Positions 1 through 9,177 of a DNA stretch of 64,000 bases are shown piece after piece. Under the pieces are notes generated by a model that worked only from the letters and a program-made list of their open reading frames with translations, was not told the origin of the DNA and made no database searches. The translations under genes and the position numbers were made by a program. Origin of the DNA: a virus; the IMG/VR virus record IMGVR_UViG_3300019360_000007, positions 1-64,000 of that record, one strand, 5' to 3'. Position 1 is the first letter of the stretch; each line of letters begins with the position of its first letter.

Positions 1-552
1 CTCGTGCTGCTCTCCGAATCCCCACGCGGAGATGGGCCTGTCGCTGAAGTCGACCTTGGCGATGACCTCGACGACGGCCTCGGTGAGCAGGGTGAGTCCC
101 TCCTGCACGGTCTCCTCCGTGGCGCCCTGGAGAAGCAGGACGATCATGCGCCGAAGGAACTCGCGGTAGGTGAGATCGCCATCTACTTCGGGAGGACCGA
201 CAGGGGCCTTGCGCAGGTTCGGGAAAACCAGCGTCCCGATCATCTGCCAGATAAATTCTGGCCTGGCGAAGTCCACGTCCGACTCGAGGCTGATGTCCTC
301 CAGGGTGAGTTGTAGATTCGCGATCTGTTCTGCCGCCGCCTGGAACTGCAAGACATAGAATGGTCCCGGCACAGTCGAGACGTAGTTGGAGGGCAGCACC
401 TGCTGGAAAGTCCGAAGGACAGCGTCGACGACATCCCGACGTGTCCTGATCCCCTGCTGACCGGACACGGGAACGGGAGCAGGATTCTGCTCACGGGTGA
501 AAGGCAGATACGGCCGCTTGGGAATGATCGGAGGTTTCTTCTCGTCAACCAA
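1..552 (-). CDS. Baseplate wedge protein, P2 gpI / T4 gp7-like (3' truncated by window edge)
   Basis: Hand translation from TTG at 552: MVDEKKPPIIPKRPYLPF...VLPSNY...DGDLTYREFLRRMIVLLLQGATEETVQEGL, open to base 1. The D..YR..LR...G.T motif and position directly after the baseplate J-like gene fit gpI-type wedge proteins. Confidence 0.6.
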   Translation of the reverse strand, partial: MVDEKKPPIIPKRPYLPFTREQNPAPVPVSGQQGIRTRRDVVDAVLRTFQQVLPSNYVSTVPGPFYVLQFQAAAEQIANLQLTLEDISLESDVDFARPEFIWQMIGTLVFPNLRKAPVGPPEVDGDLTYREFLRRMIVLLLQGATEETVQEGLTLLTEAVVEVIAKVDFSDRPISAWGFGEQHE

Positions 553-3500
553 GGCGCCTGTCCTCCGCGTAGGTGAACAGAAAATTCCCCGCCTTGAAGA
601 ACTCCAGCTCGCTGGCCTCGATATCCTGCACGCGGTCTTCGACCGAGGCCACGGTATATGTCACGGTGTAGGCATGGAGCTGTGGCCTGTCCTCAGCGTC
701 CAGCGAGACGAGGACTCTGTTCGCCGTCATCTGCTGTCGGATCGCCTGGATCTCAGCCGCGGTGTTGGCGGCCGGGAACTCGGACTGGATCGTCGCGTCA
801 TCGCTGAAGCTGGGGATGACGAGACCATCGTTGCCGATGAGGAAGGCGCGACCCGCCTGCTGGCTCAGGCTCTGCGGGTTCGACAATTGGAGTGTCATGG
901 AGAGATCGTCCTGGAAGACGCCCCGGAACAGGGAACCGTCACCGCCTCCGTTCGTCGTGGGGTTGTTGAGAGGGTCCTTGAGCAGCCAGGTCTTGACGGT
1001 GGTGGTCGAGTACGGGACGTCCGTGTTCCCGAGCAGGACCTCGACATCTCCCGAGGTGGAGGGCACGGACTCGCGAACGACGAGGGAACCCCCGGACCTG
1101 GCCAGCTTCGTCAGGGGGGACTGGACGTAGGACACGCCCCTCGTGTTGTCGATGACCGCGATGACGTCGCTCTGACGGACAGATCTGCCCATCGATAGCG
1201 CGCGGAGGAACGATGTCAGGTTCGTCCTCACGTTGGTGTCGACCGCGCTCACTCGGACTCCTTGCCGGACCACGACGGTTGCCGTGACGTCCGTCGGGAC
1301 AGGGACCGCGGCCTTGACGAGGACGTCCGCGGTGAGGTGCTTGCGCTCATCGACGGCTTCCTGGACGGTGGGGATGACGAAGTTGGTGTCGTACGCGACC
1401 GTGAAGTTCTCGACGTGCTGGTAGTCGACCAGGACGCTCTGACCGCTGGCGATCTGGCTGTTCGGCGTGCGTCTAATCGCCAGGGCGGACGTCTGCGTAC
1501 CCGGGACGATCAGGTAGTCGGAGATACCACTAGGATTTTCTGGGCCTCGGAACACCACGGTCCTGTCCAGGTTGAACACGGCGACCGTGAGCGGGTTGGC
1601 TCCTAGATTCAGGAGAAGCTCATTGAATTCGCCGATGAGGATGTGCTGCTCGCCGGACACTGCGATGAGACTGCCACTGGGGACTCCGTTGACCTGCACG
1701 ATGTCGATGTAGGACCGCGCGCGCACGGACCGGCCGTCGAGAAGCGGATCATCCGGCTGCACGAAGGTCCAGTTCTCCTGCGGAAGATTTCCAGAGATCT
1801 GGCCCGTGACGCTGACGACATCGATGACGGGTTGCCTGGGGAGTACGAAACGCGTCGAGGTGACGTATCTGTAGTCCCCCAGGAGGATGTTGCCGAGCGT
1901 CACGGTCGGCTGGCCCACGCCGTTGGACAGCTGGATCGTGTTGAAGTCGAGGATCTGGACGTCCGTGAGGTCGAAGAAGCTGCCCGTGGTGGCGTTGCGC
2001 AAACCAAGGCCGAGAGCAGGGTCGTCCAGCATCTCGGCTATGGGGTTGGACCCGGACAAGTTTGAATCGAGCGCCCTGAACACCAAGTCGAGCGGATTCC
2101 CGATGACCACGAACTGCACGTCCTCGGCAATCTCGAAGGTGAAGGCGAATGAGTCGGTGACCCGACCCCCAGACTCTCCCCTGACCCACACGTCGACCTT
2201 GCCTCCAACGTGCTTGTCGAAGTCTGTGTCAAAGTCTCTCTGCATGACGGCGTCCCCGGCAGACACGACGCGCGCGTCCTCGACCCCGGCGACGTCGGCG
2301 GCCACCTGGAGCGTCCCCAGCTCGGTACCGCTGTCGACCGCGGCCAAGGCTCGTCGGGCCCTGACGGACAGTTGGAGGTTGTTCTCTCGCGGCTGTCCGC
2401 CGAACGTGGGACTCCGGTTGGTGACGGACAGGCCGCTCAGGCCGCTGACAATGGTGCGGATCTGTCCGGCCCCGAGATTCCCGCTCGAGCCGGGCTGGAC
2501 CGCCTCGACAGGCACGTCGACCTGGAAGAATCCAGTGGCAGGATTGAAGAACGATGCGACGTTGTTGATCGGGATCGATGCGTCCGACGTGGTCGTGAAC
2601 TGGATCGACCCACTGGCGACGATGCTCCCGAGAGGGATGAAGAGGGTCGCCGTGGGAGTCCGCCTCGTGAAGAACGTGACGAACCCGCGCGCCCGAACTC
2701 CGGCCTTGCGGAACACGTTGTTGCGGCTGGCCAGCTGATCGAACGCCGCGTCGACGATCGCCTGGATCTCGTCCGGGTTGACGATCCCGAAGACCCTGCC
2801 GAGAGCCTGCTTGTAGACGGACCTGACGACGGGCGTGGACGACCCGTCTGGCTCGACGCCATCGATCTGCAGCAGAGTGTCGAACGACTGGACGCGGTAC
2901 GTGAAGTCGACGAGGAGTCTGAGGCGTGCCACCTCGTTGGAGATCGGATCCACGAACACGTCCCGGATGACAGCTCCGGGCTGGACCGCCAGCTGGGGCG
3001 TCGTTCGCGTGAGCGACGCGATGGTGTCCTGAACGATCTGAAGACGCGCGGGGGCAGGGAACGTGCCGACAGTGGCGTCGATCAAGACGGGCAATCCCAC
3101 AACCTCGGCCGAGAACGAGGACTCGATCTCCGTCTGCATGCCCTCGTCGAAGAAGATGGCCGTGGCGACATAGAACAGGGGTTCCGTGATGGGTGTACTG
3201 GCGAATTCGCCGATGGGCACCGTCGGAGGAGTACTGTTGGGCCCGAACTGGCGATTGTGCAGGAACGAGAAGAACCTGCGCGAGACGACAGAGGCGACCG
3301 ACAGAGTCGTCCTGATGGTGAAGGTCGTCTCCGGGACCTCGTAGACGACCGTGAAGTCCGTCTTGAGCAGGTTGGCCTGCTCCTGTTCCGTGATTGCCGC
3401 GGCCAGCTCGGGCGTGAGGACGATGTTCTCCAGGTTCTCGATCACGTCCGACGTACGCGTCTGGGTCTCTTGTACCTGGACGAACAGTGGATCGGCGGCC

Positions 3501-4090
3501 GGAGTCCCGTCAGGATTGGTCGCCACGGAGCTGTCCACCTGTGTGGACCCGATGTTCGTCGTCTCCTCGACGTTCTCGGCGTCGCTCACGGCATCGATGT
3601 TGACTCGCTGGTAACCGACTGCTCCTCCTCCCTGGAATCTCGACGCGTAGAAGTTGACGCCGCGGAAGCGCGAGTCAGCGACGCCCTCAACCCGTACGAG
3701 GACCGAGTCGGCTCGACGCTCGACGCTGACATTGGTCGGACGCGTGCCGATCAGTCCAATGTCGGAGTCCTGGACGAGCGTGACCTCCAGCCGGGCTGGG
3801 GCAGAGACGGCTCCCGCGAACGAGATGGAGCGTACCTCGATCACGTTGAGGCCAGCGGCGAGATCGAGGCCGTCCGGGAACGCGGCTGGGTTGGGGAACG
3901 AGAACGTGTTTCCCTCGAAGACGATCAGGTCTGGATCGGACGTGAACGGGTTACCGCGGATGCTGATCTGCATGTCCACGGTGTCGGCGTCCATGCTCCC
4001 CGCGAAGAAGCGGCTGACCATGGTCGTCGAGAAAATCGTCGTTTCTCGCGAGATGCCGTCTGGTCCTGCGATCTTCGGAGTGGAGACCAT
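545..4090 (-). CDS. Baseplate J / gp6-like wedge protein, 1181 aa, with N-terminal beta-rich extension
   Basis: Motifs PGAVIRDVFVDP, RKAGVRARGFVTF, IPLGSIV, VPVEAVQPGSSGNLGAGQI, VTN..PTFGG..RE, VAGVEDARV, GGKVDVWV, MGRSVRQSDVIAVI...GVSYV are typical of baseplate J; follows a gp25-like gene. Confidence 0.85.
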   Translation of the reverse strand: MVSTPKIAGPDGISRETTIFSTTMVSRFFAGSMDADTVDMQISIRGNPFTSDPDLIVFEGNTFSFPNPAAFPDGLDLAAGLNVIEVRSISFAGAVSAPARLEVTLVQDSDIGLIGTRPTNVSVERRADSVLVRVEGVADSRFRGVNFYASRFQGGGAVGYQRVNIDAVSDAENVEETTNIGSTQVDSSVATNPDGTPAADPLFVQVQETQTRTSDVIENLENIVLTPELAAAITEQEQANLLKTDFTVVYEVPETTFTIRTTLSVASVVSRRFFSFLHNRQFGPNSTPPTVPIGEFASTPITEPLFYVATAIFFDEGMQTEIESSFSAEVVGLPVLIDATVGTFPAPARLQIVQDTIASLTRTTPQLAVQPGAVIRDVFVDPISNEVARLRLLVDFTYRVQSFDTLLQIDGVEPDGSSTPVVRSVYKQALGRVFGIVNPDEIQAIVDAAFDQLASRNNVFRKAGVRARGFVTFFTRRTPTATLFIPLGSIVASGSIQFTTTSDASIPINNVASFFNPATGFFQVDVPVEAVQPGSSGNLGAGQIRTIVSGLSGLSVTNRSPTFGGQPRENNLQLSVRARRALAAVDSGTELGTLQVAADVAGVEDARVVSAGDAVMQRDFDTDFDKHVGGKVDVWVRGESGGRVTDSFAFTFEIAEDVQFVVIGNPLDLVFRALDSNLSGSNPIAEMLDDPALGLGLRNATTGSFFDLTDVQILDFNTIQLSNGVGQPTVTLGNILLGDYRYVTSTRFVLPRQPVIDVVSVTGQISGNLPQENWTFVQPDDPLLDGRSVRARSYIDIVQVNGVPSGSLIAVSGEQHILIGEFNELLLNLGANPLTVAVFNLDRTVVFRGPENPSGISDYLIVPGTQTSALAIRRTPNSQIASGQSVLVDYQHVENFTVAYDTNFVIPTVQEAVDERKHLTADVLVKAAVPVPTDVTATVVVRQGVRVSAVDTNVRTNLTSFLRALSMGRSVRQSDVIAVIDNTRGVSYVQSPLTKLARSGGSLVVRESVPSTSGDVEVLLGNTDVPYSTTTVKTWLLKDPLNNPTTNGGGDGSLFRGVFQDDLSMTLQLSNPQSLSQQAGRAFLIGNDGLVIPSFSDDATIQSEFPAANTAAEIQAIRQQMTANRVLVSLDAEDRPQLHAYTVTYTVASVEDRVQDIEASELEFFKAGNFLFTYAEDRRLG

Positions 4091-4096
4091 GGTCGA

Positions 4097-5275
4097 TCAC
4101 CTCACAGCGATACCCGGGAGCGCCCTGGTTCTCGGATCGAGACCGAAGCCTTCCAGTCCCAGAGAGAGACCGTTGCTGCCGGCCAGGGCCGCAGTCCCGG
4201 GAGCCGCGAAGACGGTCGTAATCACGACGGGGACGTTGGACGCGTTGGACGCGACAATCTCGACCGCAAACACGGTCGGATCGAACTCGGAGGGGAAGGT
4301 GTTGATGGAGATGACCGACGCCAGCTTCTCCCGTGCCGTGATCTCCTGGAAACGCCCCTGGATGTCCTGGAGCCTCTGGTAGACCGAAAGCGCGGCGATG
4401 ACGTCCTCATTGACGGTCGCCGTCGTCCCGAGGAGCGCCTTGGTCCCGATACGAGTGAGAAGGATGCTCCCGTACTCCGGGTGGAACGGGTTCGATCGCT
4501 TGATGGTGCTAAGGATCTTAAGGACTCCCTGATTGAGCAGGTCCTCGTTCTGCACCGTCAACGGCCCCCCGCTGGCGGCGATCAGGTAGTCGTTCTCTAT
4601 CCCGAACGACTGGCATCGCCTGCACTCGGACTGGTAAGTGGTGTAGGAGACCTTGAACACCGGATTCTGTCGAACTGGCTCGCGAAACTTGGGGAAGCGC
4701 GTGGGCACGGTCCTGACGCTCTCCAGGCCTGGAGTCGATCGGACGATATCCCGCTCCGCAAAGTCCCAGGGGGGATAGACCTGTCGCCCGCGAGCCTGGG
4801 TCTGGAAGGTGAAGCCGAGAGCTTCGGCCGCGGCCCCATGAACGGAGATCCGAGACAGCCTCCCGACATCGGCGAAGTCAGTCACCAGGAGATGCCCTGC
4901 CCCGTCGTCCTCGACCTGGATGCGCGTGTTCGCATCTCGCAGCGCGGCCCGAACGGCGCGCACGACTTCGCTCGTCGGCACCCTCGTCCCGACAGGCAAC
5001 GAGATGTCCTGCGTCGCCGTGGTCCTGTTGGAGATCGATATCTCGTTCTCGTTCTTGAGGATCCTGAACGGCGCGCTGACTGTTCCCGCGAGCTGCGCCC
5101 GGCTGTGGAGACCCGCGGGTGGGATCGTCACCTCGTCGTTCGCGGTGATCCTGATGTGGGCCGAGGACGCCACCGGCTGGAGCGTCCGCAGCTCCATCCT
5201 GTCGGCGGCCAGCGGAACCTCCTCCTCGACCGTGAGGTGGGGGCAGGCGTGGGCCAGCTGGAAATCGAAACTCAT
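4097..5275 (-). CDS. Sheath-initiator gp25/gpW-like protein with N-terminal extension, 392 aa
   Basis: C-terminal QNEDLLNQGVLKILSTIKRSNPFHPEYGS matches the gp25 L.T..G.R.F.P.YGS pattern; adjacent to baseplate J. Confidence 0.75.
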   Translation of the reverse strand: MSFDFQLAHACPHLTVEEEVPLAADRMELRTLQPVASSAHIRITANDEVTIPPAGLHSRAQLAGTVSAPFRILKNENEISISNRTTATQDISLPVGTRVPTSEVVRAVRAALRDANTRIQVEDDGAGHLLVTDFADVGRLSRISVHGAAAEALGFTFQTQARGRQVYPPWDFAERDIVRSTPGLESVRTVPTRFPKFREPVRQNPVFKVSYTTYQSECRRCQSFGIENDYLIAASGGPLTVQNEDLLNQGVLKILSTIKRSNPFHPEYGSILLTRIGTKALLGTTATVNEDVIAALSVYQRLQDIQGRFQEITAREKLASVISINTFPSEFDPTVFAVEIVASNASNVPVVITTVFAAPGTAALAGSNGLSLGLEGFGLDPRTRALPGIAVR

Positions 5276-5305
5276 CGGCTCGTCTCGTGCCTCGGTATAG
5301 GGTCA

Positions 5306-6250
5306 TCACCCGTGAGCGAACGGGTCCGTCCCCTCCGGATTCTGGAAAAGAGTGTCGTAGTTTGAGATGCCCGTGGGCTCCTCGGGCGTTCCAAGGTTGA
5401 TCGCGTCGAAGTCAGGTTCTCCGTCGGGTCCGATCACGTAGAAGGTGCGGTCGATCTCGGATACGATCCTGGTCAGGTGGAGATTTCTCGCGAAGCGGTC
5501 CTGATCGGGCGGGAGGGGGAAGCTCTGGACGGATCCACCTACGGCCTGCTGGATGAGAGTGTCTCTCTCCTGGGTCAGTTGCTCTCGGAGGTCCATGAGC
5601 TTCACGATACGTCGTTCCAGCGCCCCGAGTTCCGTCAAGTTCTGTGCTGCCCATCTTCTCGCGTGGTCCGCCTTGATGGCGACCTTCGCCCCGGTCTCTC
5701 CCTGCTGGAAGTACTTGCCAGCGAGGGTGTACGGATCCCGTATGAACGTGGGCAATCCTCCCGGATACCTGCCCCCCGCCCCGTAGGAGTCCGTACTTCG
5801 CGGAGCGATCACTCCGTTGTACGGTTGATCGGCGGGATTTGAGGGAGGCCCGAGATCCGTGAAGACCTCGTTGGGGTCATCGTCGGGGTCCTCTTGAGGA
5901 TCCTCTGTCGTCGTGAACTGCACCTCGTCCGGCTGCAACCACAGCGAGATGCTCATGGGGTTGCCTCCAGCTGCCACATATGCTTGGACGAGCTTCTCCA
6001 GCGAAGATCCCGGCGTGACGACGAATCCCTCGCGCTCCTCCGTGACGTTCTCGACTTCCAGCTCGGCACCATCGGGAGTCTGCATGACCTCTCTGACACG
6101 CCTGTAGAAGACGGTGATGCGTCCGATACGTCGGAGTTCCGCATCGATAACGCGCAGGCGAGGAGCCACCGAGCGTCTCTCCGTCAGTATCCAGTTTCGG
6201 AAAGCTCGCCACTGCGCCTCGCGCATCGTGCCGAGGTAGTTGAACGGCAT
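5306..6250 (-). CDS. Hypothetical virion-cluster protein, 314 aa
   Basis: ATG overlaps upstream TGA (TGATG); GC3-rich codons; acidic centre and coiled-coil segment; no family recognised. Confidence 0.65.
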   Translation of the reverse strand: MPFNYLGTMREAQWRAFRNWILTERRSVAPRLRVIDAELRRIGRITVFYRRVREVMQTPDGAELEVENVTEEREGFVVTPGSSLEKLVQAYVAAGGNPMSISLWLQPDEVQFTTTEDPQEDPDDDPNEVFTDLGPPSNPADQPYNGVIAPRSTDSYGAGGRYPGGLPTFIRDPYTLAGKYFQQGETGAKVAIKADHARRWAAQNLTELGALERRIVKLMDLREQLTQERDTLIQQAVGGSVQSFPLPPDQDRFARNLHLTRIVSEIDRTFYVIGPDGEPDFDAINLGTPEEPTGISNYDTLFQNPEGTDPFAHG

Positions 6251-8898
6251 CAGGTGTCCCCCTTGAAGAGAGCTCTAAACACGTCGAGGGCCAAATTGGG
6301 GATGCCGCCGGCGAAGAGGATGATCCCGCCCCCATAGGCGTCGGCCGCCGGGTTCGGCGGAGGGATCGGCTTGTTCTGCGACGCCAAGAGGGCCGTCGTC
6401 ACGCCGTTGGTCCCGGGAGCCACGACGACGAGGCCGGCCGCCGGGACGATGCTGAGGAAGAACCGCAGGAGCCGCTGGATGAGAGCGTTGATGCGGTTGA
6501 GGAATGCCTGGAGTTCGCGGAGCCGAGACTGGAGATACTCGATGAAGCGGCGGATGGTCTCGGCGATGGACTCGATGGCGGCCTGTATGGAGCGGAGGAG
6601 AGCGAGGATCTGGTCGAAGAATCTGTCGATGGCCGGGATGCCCTGAGGGAACAGGCGAAAGGCAATCCAACCACGTTCGCGGGGTCGCACCTGGGGGCCG
6701 GCCGCTACTTGGAGGACGAACTGTGCTCCGACGTAGACGGAGTCTGGCACGAGGTTCCTGAAGAACGCCATCTGATTGAGTCGGGCGTTTTGCCTTGAAT
6801 AGACGACCGGCGCCATGTCGAATGATCCGCGTCCGCGGCTGCTATCCCCCTGCGCCGCGAAGAAGAAGTGCGGAGCGCGAGCCAGGACCGTGCGATCCGC
6901 TGTCTCCACAGCCACTCGGTCACTCCCTCGAGGATTGACGATGCCCAGAGCGAGAGGATTCGGAGCCACCCCGTTCAGGATGTCATCTCCACGCAGAAGC
7001 TCCATGGTCGAACCCCCCTCGAGCGTCGTGTCGGCGAAGGCGGGATCGACCGTGGCGAAGAAATCGCCGTCGTCGAACAGGATCTGGAAGTTGAGCAGGT
7101 CCTCCGCGATCTCGACCGCGAGCTGCCTGGCCGGTAGCGGCGGGAGATTCTGCGTGAGGAACCTGTTGGTCAGGTTGATGCAGTTGACGAAGAGACGACG
7201 ACGGAATTTGGGCACGGATGCACCGGCGTCTCCGAAGAACTTCTTGACGTAGCGTCGGCCCACGACCTGGATCATCAGGAACTTCGCGACCTCCTCGAGT
7301 CCCGTGGCGAGGCGCGCGTGGTCCTCGTACGCCTGCCAGAACGGCTCGATGAGCCCGCTGGCGAGCACGTCACCGCCTCCGGGCGGGTAGTTCACGGGAC
7401 CTCCCTTGCCGAGCAAGACGGGGATGTCGCTCCTGCTCAGGGCCATGATCGCTAGAGCCTCGGCCACGGCCCGCAGGTAGAGCTGCGTGCTGGCGTCCGG
7501 GAACAGGATCCGGGTCACGGACGAGGGCGGGCCGGCGTCGTTGAGGTCCACGTCCGGCGCTCGGGCCATGGGGAGCACGGGACCGTCCCTGTCGCGGAGC
7601 GACGTCTGGTCGACGAGAAACGAGTAGTCAGTCGCATTCTTGACCGACTTGTTGACTGCCCGGACTCGTACGAAGTACGCCTCGGGTTGCCTGTTGTCGT
7701 TCTTCCTCTGCAGGCGGTTGAGGAACCCGAGATCCCACTCGGCAGCAAACGGCATCGAGTCGAAGTTGAAGGTCGCTCCGAACCCCTTGCCGGGGAAGAA
7801 GAGGTTCTGCCCGAACGGCACGAAGAACGTCCGCTGGAGATAGAACTTACCTCCCTCCTGCATGTCGGACAGCTGAATCGGGGCCTGGTCGGAGAGGTTC
7901 TTGATCCCGTAGACGCGCACGGCATCGGGCTTGCGCTCGCCCTGGAAGTTGACGGCGTCGTTCCAGTTGATGGCCCCGCGGAGATCGAGTTGCTGGATTC
8001 CGCCGCGGAGGAGGATCGGGTTCCCGTCGTCGTCCCTGCAGTCGACCACCTCGATCTTCGCGGGCTGGTTCGTAAGTTCCATCTCCTCCAGCGTCCCCTC
8101 GATGGGACGCTCGCACACGATCTTGATCGGCTGCTCCAGGGTACTGATCTCGACCAGGAACCCGGCGGGCGGAAGAATCGGCGTGTCGGGCCACGGCGCG
8201 CCCGGGATCGGCGACATCTCCCACGTCAGGTTCACGGCGTTGTACGGCGAGTTGATGTTGTCATCGACCGTTCGGTTGAGATCGAAGCCCTTGAAGAACC
8301 CCTTGTTGAAGGAGAAGATCGTAGCGCCGTCGTACCCGTAGGTCGCCTGCACGTTGCTGACCTGGTTCAGCATCCGGGGCAGTGGGTAGCGCCTGTTGAA
8401 GAGCCCCAGGATGCTCCTGATCAGCTGGACGATGCGGTTGATGCCGCGGATGTCCGCCTGGACAAACAGGAAGACTGCGATGCACGAGGACAGCTCGCTG
8501 ATGTCGGGCCGGTTCGGGTCGCCGGTGTCGGTCAGGCGCGCGACCATCCGTCCCTCGTAGCCGAGGTAGCCGCCGCGGAGGGCCTGGAAATCTGGTCCCT
8601 GCAAGGCATAGAAGTCGCCGTGGATGTAGATGCCCAGCTGGCGCAGGTCGTTGAGAATGGTCTCGATGAGGTCTCTCAGAGCTTCGATGATCGCGATGAT
8701 AGGGTCGAGCAGCCCCGTGGCGAACACCTTGAGGATCTCAAGGACGGCGATGAGGATGTTGAGGATCTGGATGAGGAAGCTGAAGAACGCGTCGATGGCC
8801 TGCCGGACCGGTTCAAGGAAGTCCGGGATCTCCAGCGAGACGGTCTGCCAAGTACCAAGTACGCCCTGTTCCTGTGGGCCTTGTTCCGGGTTGGCCAC
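6250..8898 (-). CDS. Hypothetical protein, 882 aa, with long amphipathic/hydrophobic helices at both ends
   Basis: GTG start with GGAGGAGG upstream; N-term AIDAFFSFLIQILNILIAVLEILKVF and C-term AIDRFFDQILALLRSIQ...LIQRLLRFFL. Confidence 0.7.
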   Translation of the reverse strand: MANPEQGPQEQGVLGTWQTVSLEIPDFLEPVRQAIDAFFSFLIQILNILIAVLEILKVFATGLLDPIIAIIEALRDLIETILNDLRQLGIYIHGDFYALQGPDFQALRGGYLGYEGRMVARLTDTGDPNRPDISELSSCIAVFLFVQADIRGINRIVQLIRSILGLFNRRYPLPRMLNQVSNVQATYGYDGATIFSFNKGFFKGFDLNRTVDDNINSPYNAVNLTWEMSPIPGAPWPDTPILPPAGFLVEISTLEQPIKIVCERPIEGTLEEMELTNQPAKIEVVDCRDDDGNPILLRGGIQQLDLRGAINWNDAVNFQGERKPDAVRVYGIKNLSDQAPIQLSDMQEGGKFYLQRTFFVPFGQNLFFPGKGFGATFNFDSMPFAAEWDLGFLNRLQRKNDNRQPEAYFVRVRAVNKSVKNATDYSFLVDQTSLRDRDGPVLPMARAPDVDLNDAGPPSSVTRILFPDASTQLYLRAVAEALAIMALSRSDIPVLLGKGGPVNYPPGGGDVLASGLIEPFWQAYEDHARLATGLEEVAKFLMIQVVGRRYVKKFFGDAGASVPKFRRRLFVNCINLTNRFLTQNLPPLPARQLAVEIAEDLLNFQILFDDGDFFATVDPAFADTTLEGGSTMELLRGDDILNGVAPNPLALGIVNPRGSDRVAVETADRTVLARAPHFFFAAQGDSSRGRGSFDMAPVVYSRQNARLNQMAFFRNLVPDSVYVGAQFVLQVAAGPQVRPRERGWIAFRLFPQGIPAIDRFFDQILALLRSIQAAIESIAETIRRFIEYLQSRLRELQAFLNRINALIQRLLRFFLSIVPAAGLVVVAPGTNGVTTALLASQNKPIPPPNPAADAYGGGIILFAGGIPNLALDVFRALFKGDT

Positions 8899-9177
8899 CT
8901 AGCGTCCTCCTCCGTGCTTCAGCCGTCGAAGCTGGTAGCTGAGGTCGTCGATCTGCTTCACGTCGCGGTCGGCCTGCTGCTGCAGGATGTCGCGCAGCTG
9001 TCCCAACAGCTCGGCGTACCGCTTGAAGGTGGGGATCTGTGCCTTGTCTCCGTCCTTGACGTGATCCTCGTTGCTGACCCACTCTCCGACAGGGAAACCC
9101 TCCGCGCGGAGGCGCTCCTTCACCTCCTCCACCGTCATCTTGGAGACGTCGAAGTCAAGCGGGCTGCGGTACTTCAT
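8899..9177 (-). CDS. Small coiled-coil hypothetical protein, 92 aa
   Basis: ATGA overlap with the giant upstream gene; stop abuts next start. Confidence 0.65.
   Translation of the reverse strand: MKYRSPLDFDVSKMTVEEVKERLRAEGFPVGEWVSNEDHVKDGDKAQIPTFKRYAELLGQLRDILQQQADRDVKQIDDLSYQLRRLKHGGGR

Noticed and set aside
2210-5365. Long plus-strand ORFs (1051 aa here; also 31242-33797, 44197-47064, 47140-49659, 56996-59092)
   Set aside because: Antisense shadows of GC3-biased minus-strand genes; R/G/D/V-rich with no motifs.
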